The notes: generated by a model not told the origin, from the sequence alone. A stretch of 64,000 nt of DNA from an uncultured Gemmatimonadales bacterium (GCA_963798915.1 CAWCVB010000014.1:147413-211412), one strand, 5' to 3'; positions 40,344 to 50,494 are shown, counted from the first letter of the stretch. A program made the numbers and translations.

Positions 40344-40827
40344 GTCTCTTCTCCGCGACGTGGAATGCTTCGACCAGCCGTTTGCGTGCCCGAGCCAGCG
40401 TGGTACCGATGGCTCCCCGGGCGAGGCCCAGGCTGGACGCGATCTCGTCATAACTGAATCCTTCGGCCTTCAATAACAATGCTTCGCGGTCGCGCTCGTT
40501 CAGGAGCGCGAGGGCCGCGTGAACCGACGCCTGACGTTCGGAGCGCTCGAATTCCGCATCTGGCGCTGGAGCCGATTGGGGCATCTCGGCCTTGAGCAGT
40601 TGCAGCCGGCGGCCCTGGCGAACTGACCGGCGGCCATCCTCCCGCACCAGGTTAAGCGCCACCGCAAACAGCCAGGGTCTCGGGTTCATTGGCGGAGCCT
40701 CGACCGCCCGCGCAAAGGTCTCCTGGGCCAGTTCTTCGGCACGATCATGGTCGCCGGTACGGCGCCAGAGCATGCGGACCAGCGGGGCGTAGTAGAGTTC
40801 GAACAACCGGCCTGTATCCTGGCTCAT
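40330..40827 (-). CDS. ECF RNA polymerase sigma factor
   Basis: AEELAQETF, WLFAVALN, GFSYDEIA, LARARKRL. Confidence 0.9.
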   Translation of the reverse strand: MSQDTGRLFELYYAPLVRMLWRRTGDHDRAEELAQETFARAVEAPPMNPRPWLFAVALNLVREDGRRSVRQGRRLQLLKAEMPQSAPAPDAEFERSERQASVHAALALLNERDREALLLKAEGFSYDEIASSLGLARGAIGTTLARARKRLVEAFHVAEKRHAAS

Positions 40828-40892
40828 TACCGTGGGTTCCGGGTTCGAGGATCCTGCATCTGCCGGGTCCGCATGAAGGCAAGATGGCCGGG

Positions 40893-40918
40893 AGATGCGC
40901 CGGACAGGGAAAGTTGCA
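40893..40918 (-). promoter_or_regulatory. Candidate ECF-type autoregulatory promoter
   Basis: Minus strand TGCAAC-15 bp-CATCT upstream of the sigma gene. Confidence 0.3.
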
Positions 40919-41000
40919 CAGCCCGGCTGCTCGCCGGCTCCCATAACGCATATATATTCAAGGTCTTAGCCAACGGTATTTCGCCAGCATGGAGCAGCGC

Positions 41001-42122
41001 ATGACCAGCACCCTCCCGGCCACCGGGCACGCCACCGACACCTTCCCGATCAACGGGACGGATTACATCGAGTTCTACGTCGGGAATGCCAAGCAGGCCA
41101 GCGTCTACTATCGCGCCGCCTTCGGCTACCAACTGGTGGCCTATCGCGGCCCCGAGACTGGAACCCGCGATCGCGCCAGCTATGTCCTGCAGCAGGACAA
41201 GGTCAGGCTGGTCCTGACGTCGCCGCTGTCGCCCGACGGGCCGATCGCCGACGAACTCCGCCTGCACGGAGACGGGGTCAAGGACCTCGCGCTCTGGGTT
41301 GACGACGCGCGCGATGCCTTCCAGAAGGCGGTCGACCGCGGTGCCAAGGTGGCGTATGAGCCGCAGGTGCTCAACGACGACGACGGCCAGGTCATCATTG
41401 CCGGCATCCGGACCTATGGTGACACGATTCACTCGCTCGTCGAGCGGCGGAATTACCGTGGGTCGTTCATGCCTGGTTTCCGCCCTGCCGAGTCACGATT
41501 TGCGCCGGCACCCACCGGGCTCAAGTACGTGGACCACTGTGTCGGCAACGTCGAACTCGGGAAGATGAACGAGTGGGTCGGTTTTTACGAAAAGGTACTG
41601 GGGTTCTACAATCTCATCTCGTTCGACGACAAGGCCATCAGCACCGAGTATTCGGCCCTGATGTCCAAGGTGGTCGCCAATGGCAACGGCCGCATCAAGT
41701 TCCCGCTCAATGAGCCGGCCGAAGGCCGGAAGAAGAGCCAGATTGATGAATATCTCGAGTTCTATCATGGACCCGGGTGCCAGCACATTGCCGTTGCCAC
41801 GGATGACATCGTCAAGACCGTCTCCAGTCTGCGCGATCGAGGGGTCGAGTTCCTTCGGGTCCCGGCGGCGTACTACGATTCGGTGCTGGACCGTGTGGGC
41901 CACATCGACGAAGATATCGTGCCGCTCAGGGACCTCGGCATCCTGGTGGACCGGGATGACGAGGGATACCTGCTGCAGATCTTCACCAAGCCAGTCGAGG
42001 ACCGGCCGACACTGTTCTACGAAATCATCCAGCGCAAGGGCGCCAAGAGTTTCGGCGCCGGCAACTTCAAGGCCCTGTTCGAGGCCATCGAGCGCGAACA
42101 GGCCGAGCGCGGGAACCTCTGA
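41001..42122 (+). CDS. hppD: 4-hydroxyphenylpyruvate dioxygenase
   Basis: DHCVGNV, SQIDEYL, QHIA, YLLQIFT, FYEIIQR, FGAGNFKALFEAIE. Confidence 0.96.
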   Translation: MTSTLPATGHATDTFPINGTDYIEFYVGNAKQASVYYRAAFGYQLVAYRGPETGTRDRASYVLQQDKVRLVLTSPLSPDGPIADELRLHGDGVKDLALWVDDARDAFQKAVDRGAKVAYEPQVLNDDDGQVIIAGIRTYGDTIHSLVERRNYRGSFMPGFRPAESRFAPAPTGLKYVDHCVGNVELGKMNEWVGFYEKVLGFYNLISFDDKAISTEYSALMSKVVANGNGRIKFPLNEPAEGRKKSQIDEYLEFYHGPGCQHIAVATDDIVKTVSSLRDRGVEFLRVPAAYYDSVLDRVGHIDEDIVPLRDLGILVDRDDEGYLLQIFTKPVEDRPTLFYEIIQRKGAKSFGAGNFKALFEAIEREQAERGNL

Positions 42123-42214
42123 CCCTGCGCCCCGACGCGTGTATGTCCTGTGAGGACGGCCCGCGGGCCGCCCATACCATGCTGGGAGAGCGACGAAACT
42201 GAAGGAGTAGTCCC

Positions 42215-43408
42215 ATGCCGATCTATCACACGCTGGGCCAGATCCCGCCCAAGCGACACACGGTCTTCCGGCGCCCCGACGGGGGGCTGTACGCCGAGGA
42301 GCTCATGGGACACGAAGGGTTCCATGGCACCTCGTCACTGCTGTACCACACGCACCCGCCAACTACCGTTAAGTCAGCCAGGCGCCTCCGCGAGGTGCGA
42401 TGGGAAAAGGATGACGACACCTCGTTGCGCCACCGCCACTTCAAGACGGCGCTGGTGAAGCAGGGCGGCAGCCCCACGCTGGATCGGGTGCCCATCCTGT
42501 TCAACGACGAAGTGGCCATGCTCTATGTCGAACCGGACGAGATCGACGCGCACTTCTATCGCAATTCACAAGCTGATGAAGTGGTGTATGTCGTCGAAGG
42601 CAGCGGCGTGCTGGAATCCCCGTTTGGCGACCTGCCGTATCGTGCGGGGGACTACGTAGTCATTCATCGCAACATCCTGCACCGGTGGCGACTGGATGCC
42701 AATGCCGGGCCCTCCAAGATGCTCGTCATCGAGAGCCGCGGGCACGTCCGTTTCCCCAAGCGCTACCAGAATGACGTCGGGCAGCTGGTGGAGGGGGCGC
42801 CCTATTCCGAACGCGACATGCGGCGTCCCACGGAGCTGCGCACGCATGATGAGACCGGCGATTTCCGGATCCTGGTCAAGCAGTACAATGCCATCAATGA
42901 GTTGATACTCGATCACCATCCCTTCGACGTGGTCGGCTGGGATGGGTATTTCTATCCCTGGATCTTCAATATCCACGACTTCGAGCCGATCGTGGGCCGG
43001 ATCCATCAGCCACCGCCGGTGCACCAAACGTTCCAGGGTGACGGCTTCGTCATCTGCAGCTTCTGTCCCCGGCCGTACGACTTCGACCCGAATGCCGTGC
43101 CGGCGCCCTACAATCACAGCAACGTCGACTCGGATGAAGTGCTGTTCTATGCGTCCAGTGAGTTCATGAGCCGGAAGGGCATCGAATACGGCAGCATAAC
43201 CCACCATCCGGACGGCTTGCCGCACGGGCCGCATCCCGGCCGTGCCGAGGCAAGCATTGGCGCCAAGTTCACCAACGAACTCGCGGTCATGATGGACTCC
43301 TTCCGGCCGCTGCACGTGGCCAAGGCGGCCATCGAGTTCGAAGACGAGTCCTATCACCGGAGCTGGGTGGACCAGCAGCACGCGCAGTTCAACCCGCCCA
43401 CCTCGTGA
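42215..43408 (+). CDS. hmgA: Homogentisate 1,2-dioxygenase
   Basis: IPPKRH, HPFDVVGWDG, HQPPPVH, PYNHSNVDSDE, HGPHPG. Confidence 0.93.
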   Translation: MPIYHTLGQIPPKRHTVFRRPDGGLYAEELMGHEGFHGTSSLLYHTHPPTTVKSARRLREVRWEKDDDTSLRHRHFKTALVKQGGSPTLDRVPILFNDEVAMLYVEPDEIDAHFYRNSQADEVVYVVEGSGVLESPFGDLPYRAGDYVVIHRNILHRWRLDANAGPSKMLVIESRGHVRFPKRYQNDVGQLVEGAPYSERDMRRPTELRTHDETGDFRILVKQYNAINELILDHHPFDVVGWDGYFYPWIFNIHDFEPIVGRIHQPPPVHQTFQGDGFVICSFCPRPYDFDPNAVPAPYNHSNVDSDEVLFYASSEFMSRKGIEYGSITHHPDGLPHGPHPGRAEASIGAKFTNELAVMMDSFRPLHVAKAAIEFEDESYHRSWVDQQHAQFNPPTS

Positions 43409-43451
43409 TGGTCGGCGGTGCGCGGCGGCGTGCCGCTGGCTATGGGGCGGC

Positions 43452-45452
43452 GTGACCGCACCGGTCTGGGTGCCGTCGCCCGGCCGAGTCGAGCGAGCCA
43501 ATCTCACGCGTTTCGTCGCTGAGCGTCGGGCCGCCAGCGTGGATCTTCCTGACTACCCGGCGCTGTGGCGCTGGTCCATCCACGAACCCGCCGAGTTCTG
43601 GCCGGCGGTCTGGCGTTTCTGCGGCGTTGTCGCGGAGGAACGCGACGGCGCGTTGCCGTGGGAGCGCGTCGTGGTCGGGCAGGACCGGATGGCGCCGCCC
43701 GACCCGGCGCAGGGTCCCATCTGGTTTCCGGGAGCCCGGCTCAATTTCGCCGAGAACCTCCTGCGATTCGATGACAGCCGCGAAGCCATCGTGTCCTGGG
43801 ATGAGGGCGGATTGGTTTCCCGCCTCTCGTTCGCGGAGCTCCGGGCCCAGGTGGCGAGGGCGGCCGCCGCCCTGTCCGCCGCGGGCGTCAGGACTGGCGA
43901 CCGGGTTGCCGGCTACCTGCCCAACCTGTCCGAGGCCGTTGTCGCAATGCTCGGGGCCGCCTCGCTCGGCGCCATCTGGTCTTCCTGCTCCCCGGATTTC
44001 GGCACCGACGCCGTGATCGATCGGTTTGGCCAGATCGAGCCGCGCGTGCTGATTACGAGCGACGGACATCGATACGCCGGCAAGCGCATCAGCCTGGTCG
44101 ACCGGGTCCGGCAGCTGAGCGAACAGCTTCCATCGGTCGAGCGGGTGGTGGTGATCCCGTACGTTGGTGAGCCGGGTGCGATGGACCGCATCCCCGGCGC
44201 GGTCCTCTGGCAGGACTTCCTTGCGCCACACGCTGACCTGGCGGAGCCGGCGTTCGCCCGCCTTCCATTCGATCATCCGCTGTACATCATGTATTCCTCT
44301 GGCACCACTGGGCTGCCCAAGTGCATGGTGCATGGGGCCGGGGGCACCCTGTTGCAGCATCTCAAGGAGCTCTCGCTGCACACTGACATTACCCGGAATG
44401 ACCGGGTCTTCTATTTCACCACGTGCGGCTGGATGATGTGGAACTGGGTTGTCTCGTCGCTGGCCCTTGGCGCCACGCTCGTCCTCTATGACGGTGCGCC
44501 CCTCAAGCCTCGCGCGACGCAGCTCTGGGACATGGCGGAGGCGGAACAGCTCACGGTGTTCGGCACCAGCGCCAAGTACCTGGGGCTGGCCGAAAAGCAG
44601 GGACTCGTGCCGGCGAGGACCCACGACCTCGGAGCGCTGCGGACCATTCTCTCGACTGGCAGTCCGCTGGCGGCGCACAGCTACGATTATGTCTATCGCG
44701 ACGTCAAGGCGGATGTGCATTTGGCGAGCATCAGTGGGGGAACCGACATCATTTCCTGCTTTGCGCTTGGCAACCCGACCGCGCCGGTGTGGCGGGGCGA
44801 GCTGCAGACCCGGGGCCTCGGGATGGATGTCAGGATATTGCGCCCGACTGAGTGCGGTGTCGCCGAGACGGCGAGCGTCGGCGAGCCCGGGGAGCTGTGT
44901 TGCATGACCCCGTTTCCCAGCATGCCGGTGCGCTTCTGGAACGATCCGGACGGCCGGCGCTACCACGATGCCTATTTCGCCATGTTCGACAACGTCTGGC
45001 GCCACGGTGACTGGGCCGAACTCACCGAGCACGACGGATTGATCATTCATGGCCGGAGTGATGCGACCCTCAATCCGGGCGGCGTCCGGATCGGCACGGC
45101 CGAAATTTATCGCCAGGTCGAACAGTTGCCCGAAGTGCTAGAGAGCGTGGTGGTCGGGCAGCAGTGGGGGGACGACAGCCGGATCGTGCTGTTTGTTCGT
45201 CTTCGCGATGACGCGGTGCTGGACGAAGCCCTGCAGGAACGCATCCGCCAGCAGGTCCGCCAGGAAACGTCGCCGCATCACGTGCCCAGACGGATAGTGC
45301 AGGTAGCCGACATTCCCCGGACCATCAGTGGTAAGATCAGCGAAATCGCCGTGCGCGAAGTGATCCACGGCCGACCCATTTCCAACCGGGATGCGCTGGC
45401 CAACCCGGCATCGCTGGAACTGTATTGCGACCTCGAGGAGCTGCGGTCATGA
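43452..45452 (+). CDS. Acetoacetate--CoA ligase
   Basis: LNFAENLL, YSSGTTGLPKC, GWMMWNW, SISGGTD, GRSDATLNPGGVRIG. Confidence 0.93.
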   Translation: MTAPVWVPSPGRVERANLTRFVAERRAASVDLPDYPALWRWSIHEPAEFWPAVWRFCGVVAEERDGALPWERVVVGQDRMAPPDPAQGPIWFPGARLNFAENLLRFDDSREAIVSWDEGGLVSRLSFAELRAQVARAAAALSAAGVRTGDRVAGYLPNLSEAVVAMLGAASLGAIWSSCSPDFGTDAVIDRFGQIEPRVLITSDGHRYAGKRISLVDRVRQLSEQLPSVERVVVIPYVGEPGAMDRIPGAVLWQDFLAPHADLAEPAFARLPFDHPLYIMYSSGTTGLPKCMVHGAGGTLLQHLKELSLHTDITRNDRVFYFTTCGWMMWNWVVSSLALGATLVLYDGAPLKPRATQLWDMAEAEQLTVFGTSAKYLGLAEKQGLVPARTHDLGALRTILSTGSPLAAHSYDYVYRDVKADVHLASISGGTDIISCFALGNPTAPVWRGELQTRGLGMDVRILRPTECGVAETASVGEPGELCCMTPFPSMPVRFWNDPDGRRYHDAYFAMFDNVWRHGDWAELTEHDGLIIHGRSDATLNPGGVRIGTAEIYRQVEQLPEVLESVVVGQQWGDDSRIVLFVRLRDDAVLDEALQERIRQQVRQETSPHHVPRRIVQVADIPRTISGKISEIAVREVIHGRPISNRDALANPASLELYCDLEELRS

Positions 45453-45473
45453 GGCATGAGTCATGGGCCATGG
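45446..45473. repeat. Four CATG-core heptamers across the stop/start overlap
   Basis: gtcatga ggcatga gtcatgg gccatgg. Confidence 0.55.
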
Positions 45474-46600
45474 TGCTGCTGGCGCTGGCGATCCCAGGCG
45501 CGCTCGCCGCGCAGCAGCGGATGCGGGCCCGCGCACTGGGCGTGGCGCCCGGGCGACTCACGCCCGGTGTCCACAACGCCATCACCGATGTGCCGGGCGT
45601 CCGGGTGGGCCAGGTCACCCGCGTGGTGGGCGACTCCATTCGCACTGGTGTCACGGCGATCCTCCCGCATGGCGGCGATCTCTTCCGGTCTCGGGTGCCG
45701 GCCGCCATCGTTGTTGGCAACGGATTCGGCAAGCTGCTCGGCGTGACCCAGGTGCGGGAGCTCGGCGAACTCGAGACACCGATCCTGCTGACTTGCACTC
45801 TCTGCGTCTGGCGCGCCGCGGACGCGATGGTGGGTTGGATGCTGGCGCGGCCCGGGATGGAGCGGGTGCGTTCCATCAATCCGGTGGTTGGTGAAACCAA
45901 TGACGGCTCGCTCAACGACATCCGGGATCGCCCTATCCGTGCCGAGGACGTGGTCAAAGCGCTCGAGTCTGCCGACACTGGCGCGGTCGCGGAGGGCAGT
46001 GTCGGCGCCGGCACCGGAACGATAGCGTTCGGATGGAAAGGCGGGATTGGAACCTCATCCCGGCGGACAGGACCGCCGCAGGACGGGGCGGATGCAAGCC
46101 GCTCCTACACGGTCGGGGTCCTGGTGCAGAGCAATTTCGGCGGCGACTTCACGGTGATGGGGGTGCCGATGTGGAGAGAATTGCGGCGTCCGCCGCCGCC
46201 AGCCGGCCGGCGGAACAGCGCCGATGGATCGATCATGATCGTCATTGCCACCGACGCGCCACTCTCGGACCGCAACCTGCGGCGGCTGGCGGCACGCGCG
46301 CTTCTCGGGCTCGGCCGGACCGGGTCATACGCGTCCAATGGCTCGGGCGATTACATCATTGCCTTCTCGACCGCGGATGCCGTGCGGCGCACGGCGGGCG
46401 AGCCGGTGCGCGAGGTGGGCGACCTGGACAATGATGCGATCTCGCCGCTCTTCGAGGCGGTGGCCGAGTCTACCGAGGAGGCGGTCTACAATTCGCTCTT
46501 CATGGCCACCTCGGTCGAGAGTCGGGGCGGGCGGGCCGACGCCGTGCCGCTGGACCAGGTCCGCGCGGCGCTTGCGCGCCACGGCATCACGCCGCCATAG
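45449..46600 (+). CDS. P1/S58-family aminopeptidase (DmpA-like), secreted
   Basis: NAITDVPGVRVG, GETND, GAGTG, KGGIG, DGSIM autoproteolysis site, SGD. Confidence 0.9.
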   Translation: MRHESWAMVLLALAIPGALAAQQRMRARALGVAPGRLTPGVHNAITDVPGVRVGQVTRVVGDSIRTGVTAILPHGGDLFRSRVPAAIVVGNGFGKLLGVTQVRELGELETPILLTCTLCVWRAADAMVGWMLARPGMERVRSINPVVGETNDGSLNDIRDRPIRAEDVVKALESADTGAVAEGSVGAGTGTIAFGWKGGIGTSSRRTGPPQDGADASRSYTVGVLVQSNFGGDFTVMGVPMWRELRRPPPPAGRRNSADGSIMIVIATDAPLSDRNLRRLAARALLGLGRTGSYASNGSGDYIIAFSTADAVRRTAGEPVREVGDLDNDAISPLFEAVAESTEEAVYNSLFMATSVESRGGRADAVPLDQVRAALARHGITPP

Positions 46601-46633
46601 GCACCCCGCGATGGGTGCGGTAGCTTTCGCGCC

Positions 46634-47521
46634 ATGTTGCGATCCAATGCAGCGCGGTTCCAGGTGGTGCTTGCGGCCCTGCTTTTCTCGACCGGTGGCG
46701 CCGCCATCAAGGCGACGTCGTTGTCCGGTTATCAGGTGGCAGGATTCCGCTCGGGCATTGCGGCGCTCACCATCTACCTGCTGCTTTCTGATGCGCGGAG
46801 CGGCTACACCTGGCGAGCCCTGACGGTCGGGGTCAGCTACGCCGCGACCTTGCTGCTTTTCGTGCTGGCCAACAAGCTGACGACGTCGGCCAACACCATC
46901 TTCCTCCAGAGCACGGCTCCGCTCTACATCCTCATCCTCGCACCGCTGTTGCTGCGTGAGCCGATCCGTCTCAAGGACCTCTGGTTCATGGCGGCCATCG
47001 GCGCGGGGCTGGTGCTCTTCTTCCTTACGCGCCAGGCGCCCGCGGCCACGGCGCCCGACCCGCACCGCGGCAACGTGCTTGCCGCTCTCTCCGGGTTGAC
47101 CTATGCGCTGACCGTCATGGGACTGCGCCGGCTGGCGGCAGCGCCGGCCCAGGGGTCGCAGATGGCCGCCATGGTCACCGGCAACGCGCTGGTGTTCCTG
47201 GTCGTGCTTCCTCTTGCGCTGCCCGTGACCGGCGCCACGCTCACCGACTGGAGCGTGGTGGCCTACCTTGGCATCGTCCAGATCGGTATCGCGTACATGT
47301 TCCTGGCCAAGGGCATCGCCGGCGTGCAAGCTTTTGAGGCGTCGCTGTTGCTGTTGGTCGAACCGGCCCTCAATCCGGTCTGGGCCTGGCTGGTGTTGAA
47401 CGAACGGCCCGGTGCCTGGGCCATTGCGGGAGCGGCGATCATCTTCGGGGCCACGACACTGCGCACCTGGCTCGAGGCGCGCAATGCGCGCGTGCTTGCC
47501 CGCATGGCGCCGGCACCATGA
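46634..47521 (+). CDS. DMT/EamA-family transporter
   Basis: About 10 hydrophobic helices, two EamA halves (LREP, LNERP). Confidence 0.88.
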   Translation: MLRSNAARFQVVLAALLFSTGGAAIKATSLSGYQVAGFRSGIAALTIYLLLSDARSGYTWRALTVGVSYAATLLLFVLANKLTTSANTIFLQSTAPLYILILAPLLLREPIRLKDLWFMAAIGAGLVLFFLTRQAPAATAPDPHRGNVLAALSGLTYALTVMGLRRLAAAPAQGSQMAAMVTGNALVFLVVLPLALPVTGATLTDWSVVAYLGIVQIGIAYMFLAKGIAGVQAFEASLLLLVEPALNPVWAWLVLNERPGAWAIAGAAIIFGATTLRTWLEARNARVLARMAPAP

Positions 47522-48153
47522 CTGGACTGATCGAGACCATGCGGGTGGTGAACGGGCGCGCACCGCTCTGGCCACTGCACCGGACACGCCTTCTGGCTGC
47601 GGCGGAATCACTCCAGTTGGACATCACGCTTCCGGCCGCACCAACCGGCGACGACCGGATTGTCCGCTATCTGGTCAGTGCCAGTGGTGGCCTTGAGGAA
47701 AGCGCCCGGCGTTGGTGGGCGCCGCCCACGCTCCGGCTCATGGTCTCGCCGGTTCCTCACCCGGTATATCCCTGGAAGACGACGGCTCGAAGCCCGTTCG
47801 ACGACGCCCTGACGCTGGCACGCGGACAGGGCGATGATGATGGCCTGCTGCTCTCGGCGGACGGGGCGGTGCGCGAGGCCTCGCGCTGGGCCGTGGTCTG
47901 GCGTCGGCCGGATGGCAGCATCGGCGCGCCGTCGCTTGCCACGGGGGTGCTTCGGAGCGTCGCGCGCACCCGCCTGGAGCAGATTCTTGATGGTTCAATC
48001 GAGGAGGAGAACCTGAGCGTCGATGCGCTGGTGGAGCGGCCGGTGGCGGCACTCAACGCGGCACGCGGACTGATTTCCGTCGCCACAATCGGCGGGCGCG
48101 CCGTGCCGGACTGGTGCGGTTGGGCCGCGCTGGCCGACCGCTTCTGGCCTTGA
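47518..48153 (+). CDS. Aminotransferase class IV (PabC-like), divergent
   Basis: ETMRV..H..RL, KTT, E, GVL...R, LNA. Confidence 0.7.
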   Translation: MTGLIETMRVVNGRAPLWPLHRTRLLAAAESLQLDITLPAAPTGDDRIVRYLVSASGGLEESARRWWAPPTLRLMVSPVPHPVYPWKTTARSPFDDALTLARGQGDDDGLLLSADGAVREASRWAVVWRRPDGSIGAPSLATGVLRSVARTRLEQILDGSIEEENLSVDALVERPVAALNAARGLISVATIGGRAVPDWCGWAALADRFWP

Positions 48154-48179
48154 CCCAACCCTGTGCCGCCTCGTATCTT
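48150..48179 (+). promoter_or_regulatory. Sigma70-type promoter of the tRNA cluster
   Basis: TTGACC-18 bp-TATCTT about 35 bp before tRNA-His. Confidence 0.6.
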
Positions 48180-48212
48180 CCCGCGCTCGACGGGCTCCTC
48201 GGAGCTTGGCGT

Positions 48213-48287
48213 GGTGGCTGTAGCTCAGCCGGTTAGAGCGCCTGACTGTGGCTCAGGAGGCCGGGGGTTCGAGTCCCCTCAGCCACC
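48213..48287 (+). tRNA. tRNA-His(GTG) with encoded G-1
   Basis: G-GTGGCTG/CAGCCAC-C, CCTGA-CT-GTG-GC-TCAGG. Confidence 0.95.
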
Positions 48288-48338
48288 CTTCTGAAGGGCT
48301 CGCGCCAGGCTGGCCCGGCGCGCTGCGGAGGGCATCCG

Positions 48339-48411
48339 AGGTCCGTAGCTCAATTGGTAGAGCACCGGTCTCCAAAACCGGGGGTTGGGGGTTCGATTCC
48401 CTCCGGGCCTG
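48339..48411 (+). tRNA. tRNA-Trp(CCA)
   Basis: AGGTCCG/CGGGCCT, CCGGT-CT-CCA-AA-ACCGG. Confidence 0.96.
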
Positions 48412-48418
48412 TGGGGGC

Positions 48419-48492
48419 AAGTCGTCGGTCTTCAGTCGTCGGTCTTCCACAACTCCGACGACCGAAGACTGACGACCGAAGACTGAAAACTT
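48419..48492. repeat. Heptamer-period inverted array (GTCGTCG/GTCTTCA, then CGACGAC/CGAAGAC)
   Basis: Fills the tRNA-Trp/tRNA-Glu spacer; 4 left and 5 right units. Confidence 0.88.
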
Positions 48493-48565
48493 GGCGCTAT
48501 CGTCTAGTGGCCCAGGACACAGCCCTCTCAAGGCTGGTACACGGGTTCGAATCCCGTTAGCGCTA
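48493..48565 (+). tRNA. tRNA-Glu(CTC)
   Basis: GGCGCTA/TAGCGCT, CAGCC-CT-CTC-AA-GGCTG. Confidence 0.95.
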
Positions 48566-48618
48566 TGAGGCAGGATGCGGGCTGACTCGCAGGCTGGGTC
48601 GCTCGATAGCGGGAACCC

Positions 48619-48690
48619 GGCCCCATCGTCTATCGGTCAGGACGCGACCCTTTCAAGGTCGAAAGACGGGTTCGATTCCCGTTGGGGCTA
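48619..48690 (+). tRNA. tRNA-Glu(TTC)
   Basis: GGCCCCA/TGGGGCT, CGACC-CT-TTC-AA-GGTCG. Confidence 0.95.
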
Positions 48691-48714
48691 TTTCTGCGGT
48701 TCTCCGCACCTCGC

Positions 48715-48787
<73 letters not shown>

Positions 48788-48792
48788 TGACG

Positions 48793-48882
48793 ATGGAAGT
48801 GGGAAGGTGGAAGATGGAAGTGAGAAGTCATCCACTTCCCGTTCCGTCTTCCCACTTCTGACTTCCCCCTTCTGACTTCCCC
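48793..48882. repeat. Heptamer-period inverted array (NNGGAAG x5, then CTTCNNN x6-7)
   Basis: atggaag tgggaag gtggaag atggaag tgagaag ... cttcccg ttccgt cttccca cttctga cttcccc cttctga cttcccc. Confidence 0.85.
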
Positions 48883-48895
48883 CTTACGTTGCGGC

Positions 48896-50494
48896 ATGCC
48901 AAAACTCTCGCTGGTACTGAGCGCCGCCGTCATGCTTCTCGGTCCCAGCCCCGTCACCCAGGCTCCTCCGATCACTGGTCCTGGAGCGCCGACAGCGGAC
49001 CTCGTCGTGCTGATCGTCGTTGACCAGATGCACCCGGACTACTTCACCCGCTTCCATGATGACATGACCGGCGGGCTTCGCCGGTTGTACGATCATGGCA
49101 CGGTCTTCCTCCATGGTTTGCAGGATCACGCCCTGACCCAGACAGCGCCGGGTCACGCCACGCTGCTGTCGGGCCGGACCCCGGCCAGTACCAACATCAT
49201 TTCCAATTCCAAGGGCGTGCCTGATCCGCGGTCGCGCATCATCGGCGCGCCTGGCGCGGCGGGCGCGTCGCCATGGAACTTCCGCGGCACCACCCTGTAT
49301 GACTGGATGCTCGCGAGGGATTCCGGCGCCCGGGCATTGTCGGTGTCGATGAAAGATCGTGGGGCCATCCTGCCGGTGGGCCGCGCCCGCGCAAATGTCT
49401 ACTGGTACGGCTACAACACGAACTTCAGCACCAGCACCTGGTATCGCGATGCCCTTCCCGCATGGGTCCAGCGCTGGAACGCTCGCCGGGGCATCGCGAG
49501 ACTCTCGGGCGCCCGATGGACCCTGCTGCTGCCGCCCGGGCGGTACAGCGAACCGGACACCTTTGCCTTCGAGAATCAGGGCCGAGACACGCATTTTCCC
49601 CACTTGCTGCCCCGTGACAGCGCTGCCCTGGCCCGCAAGGTGATCGAGTCGCCCTGGATGGATTCACTGACGCTGGACCTTGCCCTTGAGGGGACCCGCC
49701 AAGTCGGACTCGGACGGCACGGCGCCCCCGACCTGCTGGTGATCTCGCTCTCTGCCACTGATGAAATTGGCCATGCCTGGGGGCCCGACTCGAGGGAGAT
49801 GCATGATCAGATGCTCCGTCTGGACCACTTCCTGGGCTGGTTCATGGACTCACTGGCCCGGATTGTCCCGGCCCAGCGCACCATCTTCGCCCTCTCCGCA
49901 GATCACGCCGGTTCGTCGATTCCACAGTACACCCGCGAGGTGCTGCACAAGCAGGCAGGAAGCTACTGGAATACCGACCTGCTGACCGCCCTCCGGACCG
50001 CGCTCGAACGCCGGTGGCATGTTTCGTTCAGCCTGGGTATGGACTACGGCCTGGTTTCCGCCAACACGTCGGCTCTCCGCGCTCGTGGTGTCAACGTGGA
50101 CAGCCTGAGCGATGCCCTCGCCCGAAACCTCAGGGCACGGCCGGAGATTGCGCGGGTGTTCACCCCGGCCACACTCGCGACCGCTTCCGCGGGCGACACC
50201 ATTGCCAACCGCTGGCGCCGCCAGGTTCCCCCTGACCACGAGTGGCTCGCCATCGCGGTCCTGCGGCCCGGCTATATCTGGTCCTCCAGCGGAATGTCCA
50301 ATCACGGTACTCCCGCCCTCGCCGACGTCGAGGTTCCGATCATCTTCATGGGGCCCGGAATCCGGCATTCCCTTCAGCCCCGGGCGGTGCGCACCACCAG
50401 CATCGGGCCGACCCTTGCGCGACTGGTGGGCGTTGCGCCCACGGAGCCGGTGGACGGCGCCGTCATCGACGAGGTCGTTGGCAATTCACGATGA
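48896..50494 (+). CDS. Alkaline phosphatase family protein (PafA/nucleotide pyrophosphatase-like), secreted
   Basis: IVVDQM, TAPGHATL, KDRGA, DEIGH, SADH. Confidence 0.88.
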   Translation: MPKLSLVLSAAVMLLGPSPVTQAPPITGPGAPTADLVVLIVVDQMHPDYFTRFHDDMTGGLRRLYDHGTVFLHGLQDHALTQTAPGHATLLSGRTPASTNIISNSKGVPDPRSRIIGAPGAAGASPWNFRGTTLYDWMLARDSGARALSVSMKDRGAILPVGRARANVYWYGYNTNFSTSTWYRDALPAWVQRWNARRGIARLSGARWTLLLPPGRYSEPDTFAFENQGRDTHFPHLLPRDSAALARKVIESPWMDSLTLDLALEGTRQVGLGRHGAPDLLVISLSATDEIGHAWGPDSREMHDQMLRLDHFLGWFMDSLARIVPAQRTIFALSADHAGSSIPQYTREVLHKQAGSYWNTDLLTALRTALERRWHVSFSLGMDYGLVSANTSALRARGVNVDSLSDALARNLRARPEIARVFTPATLATASAGDTIANRWRRQVPPDHEWLAIAVLRPGYIWSSSGMSNHGTPALADVEVPIIFMGPGIRHSLQPRAVRTTSIGPTLARLVGVAPTEPVDGAVIDEVVGNSR

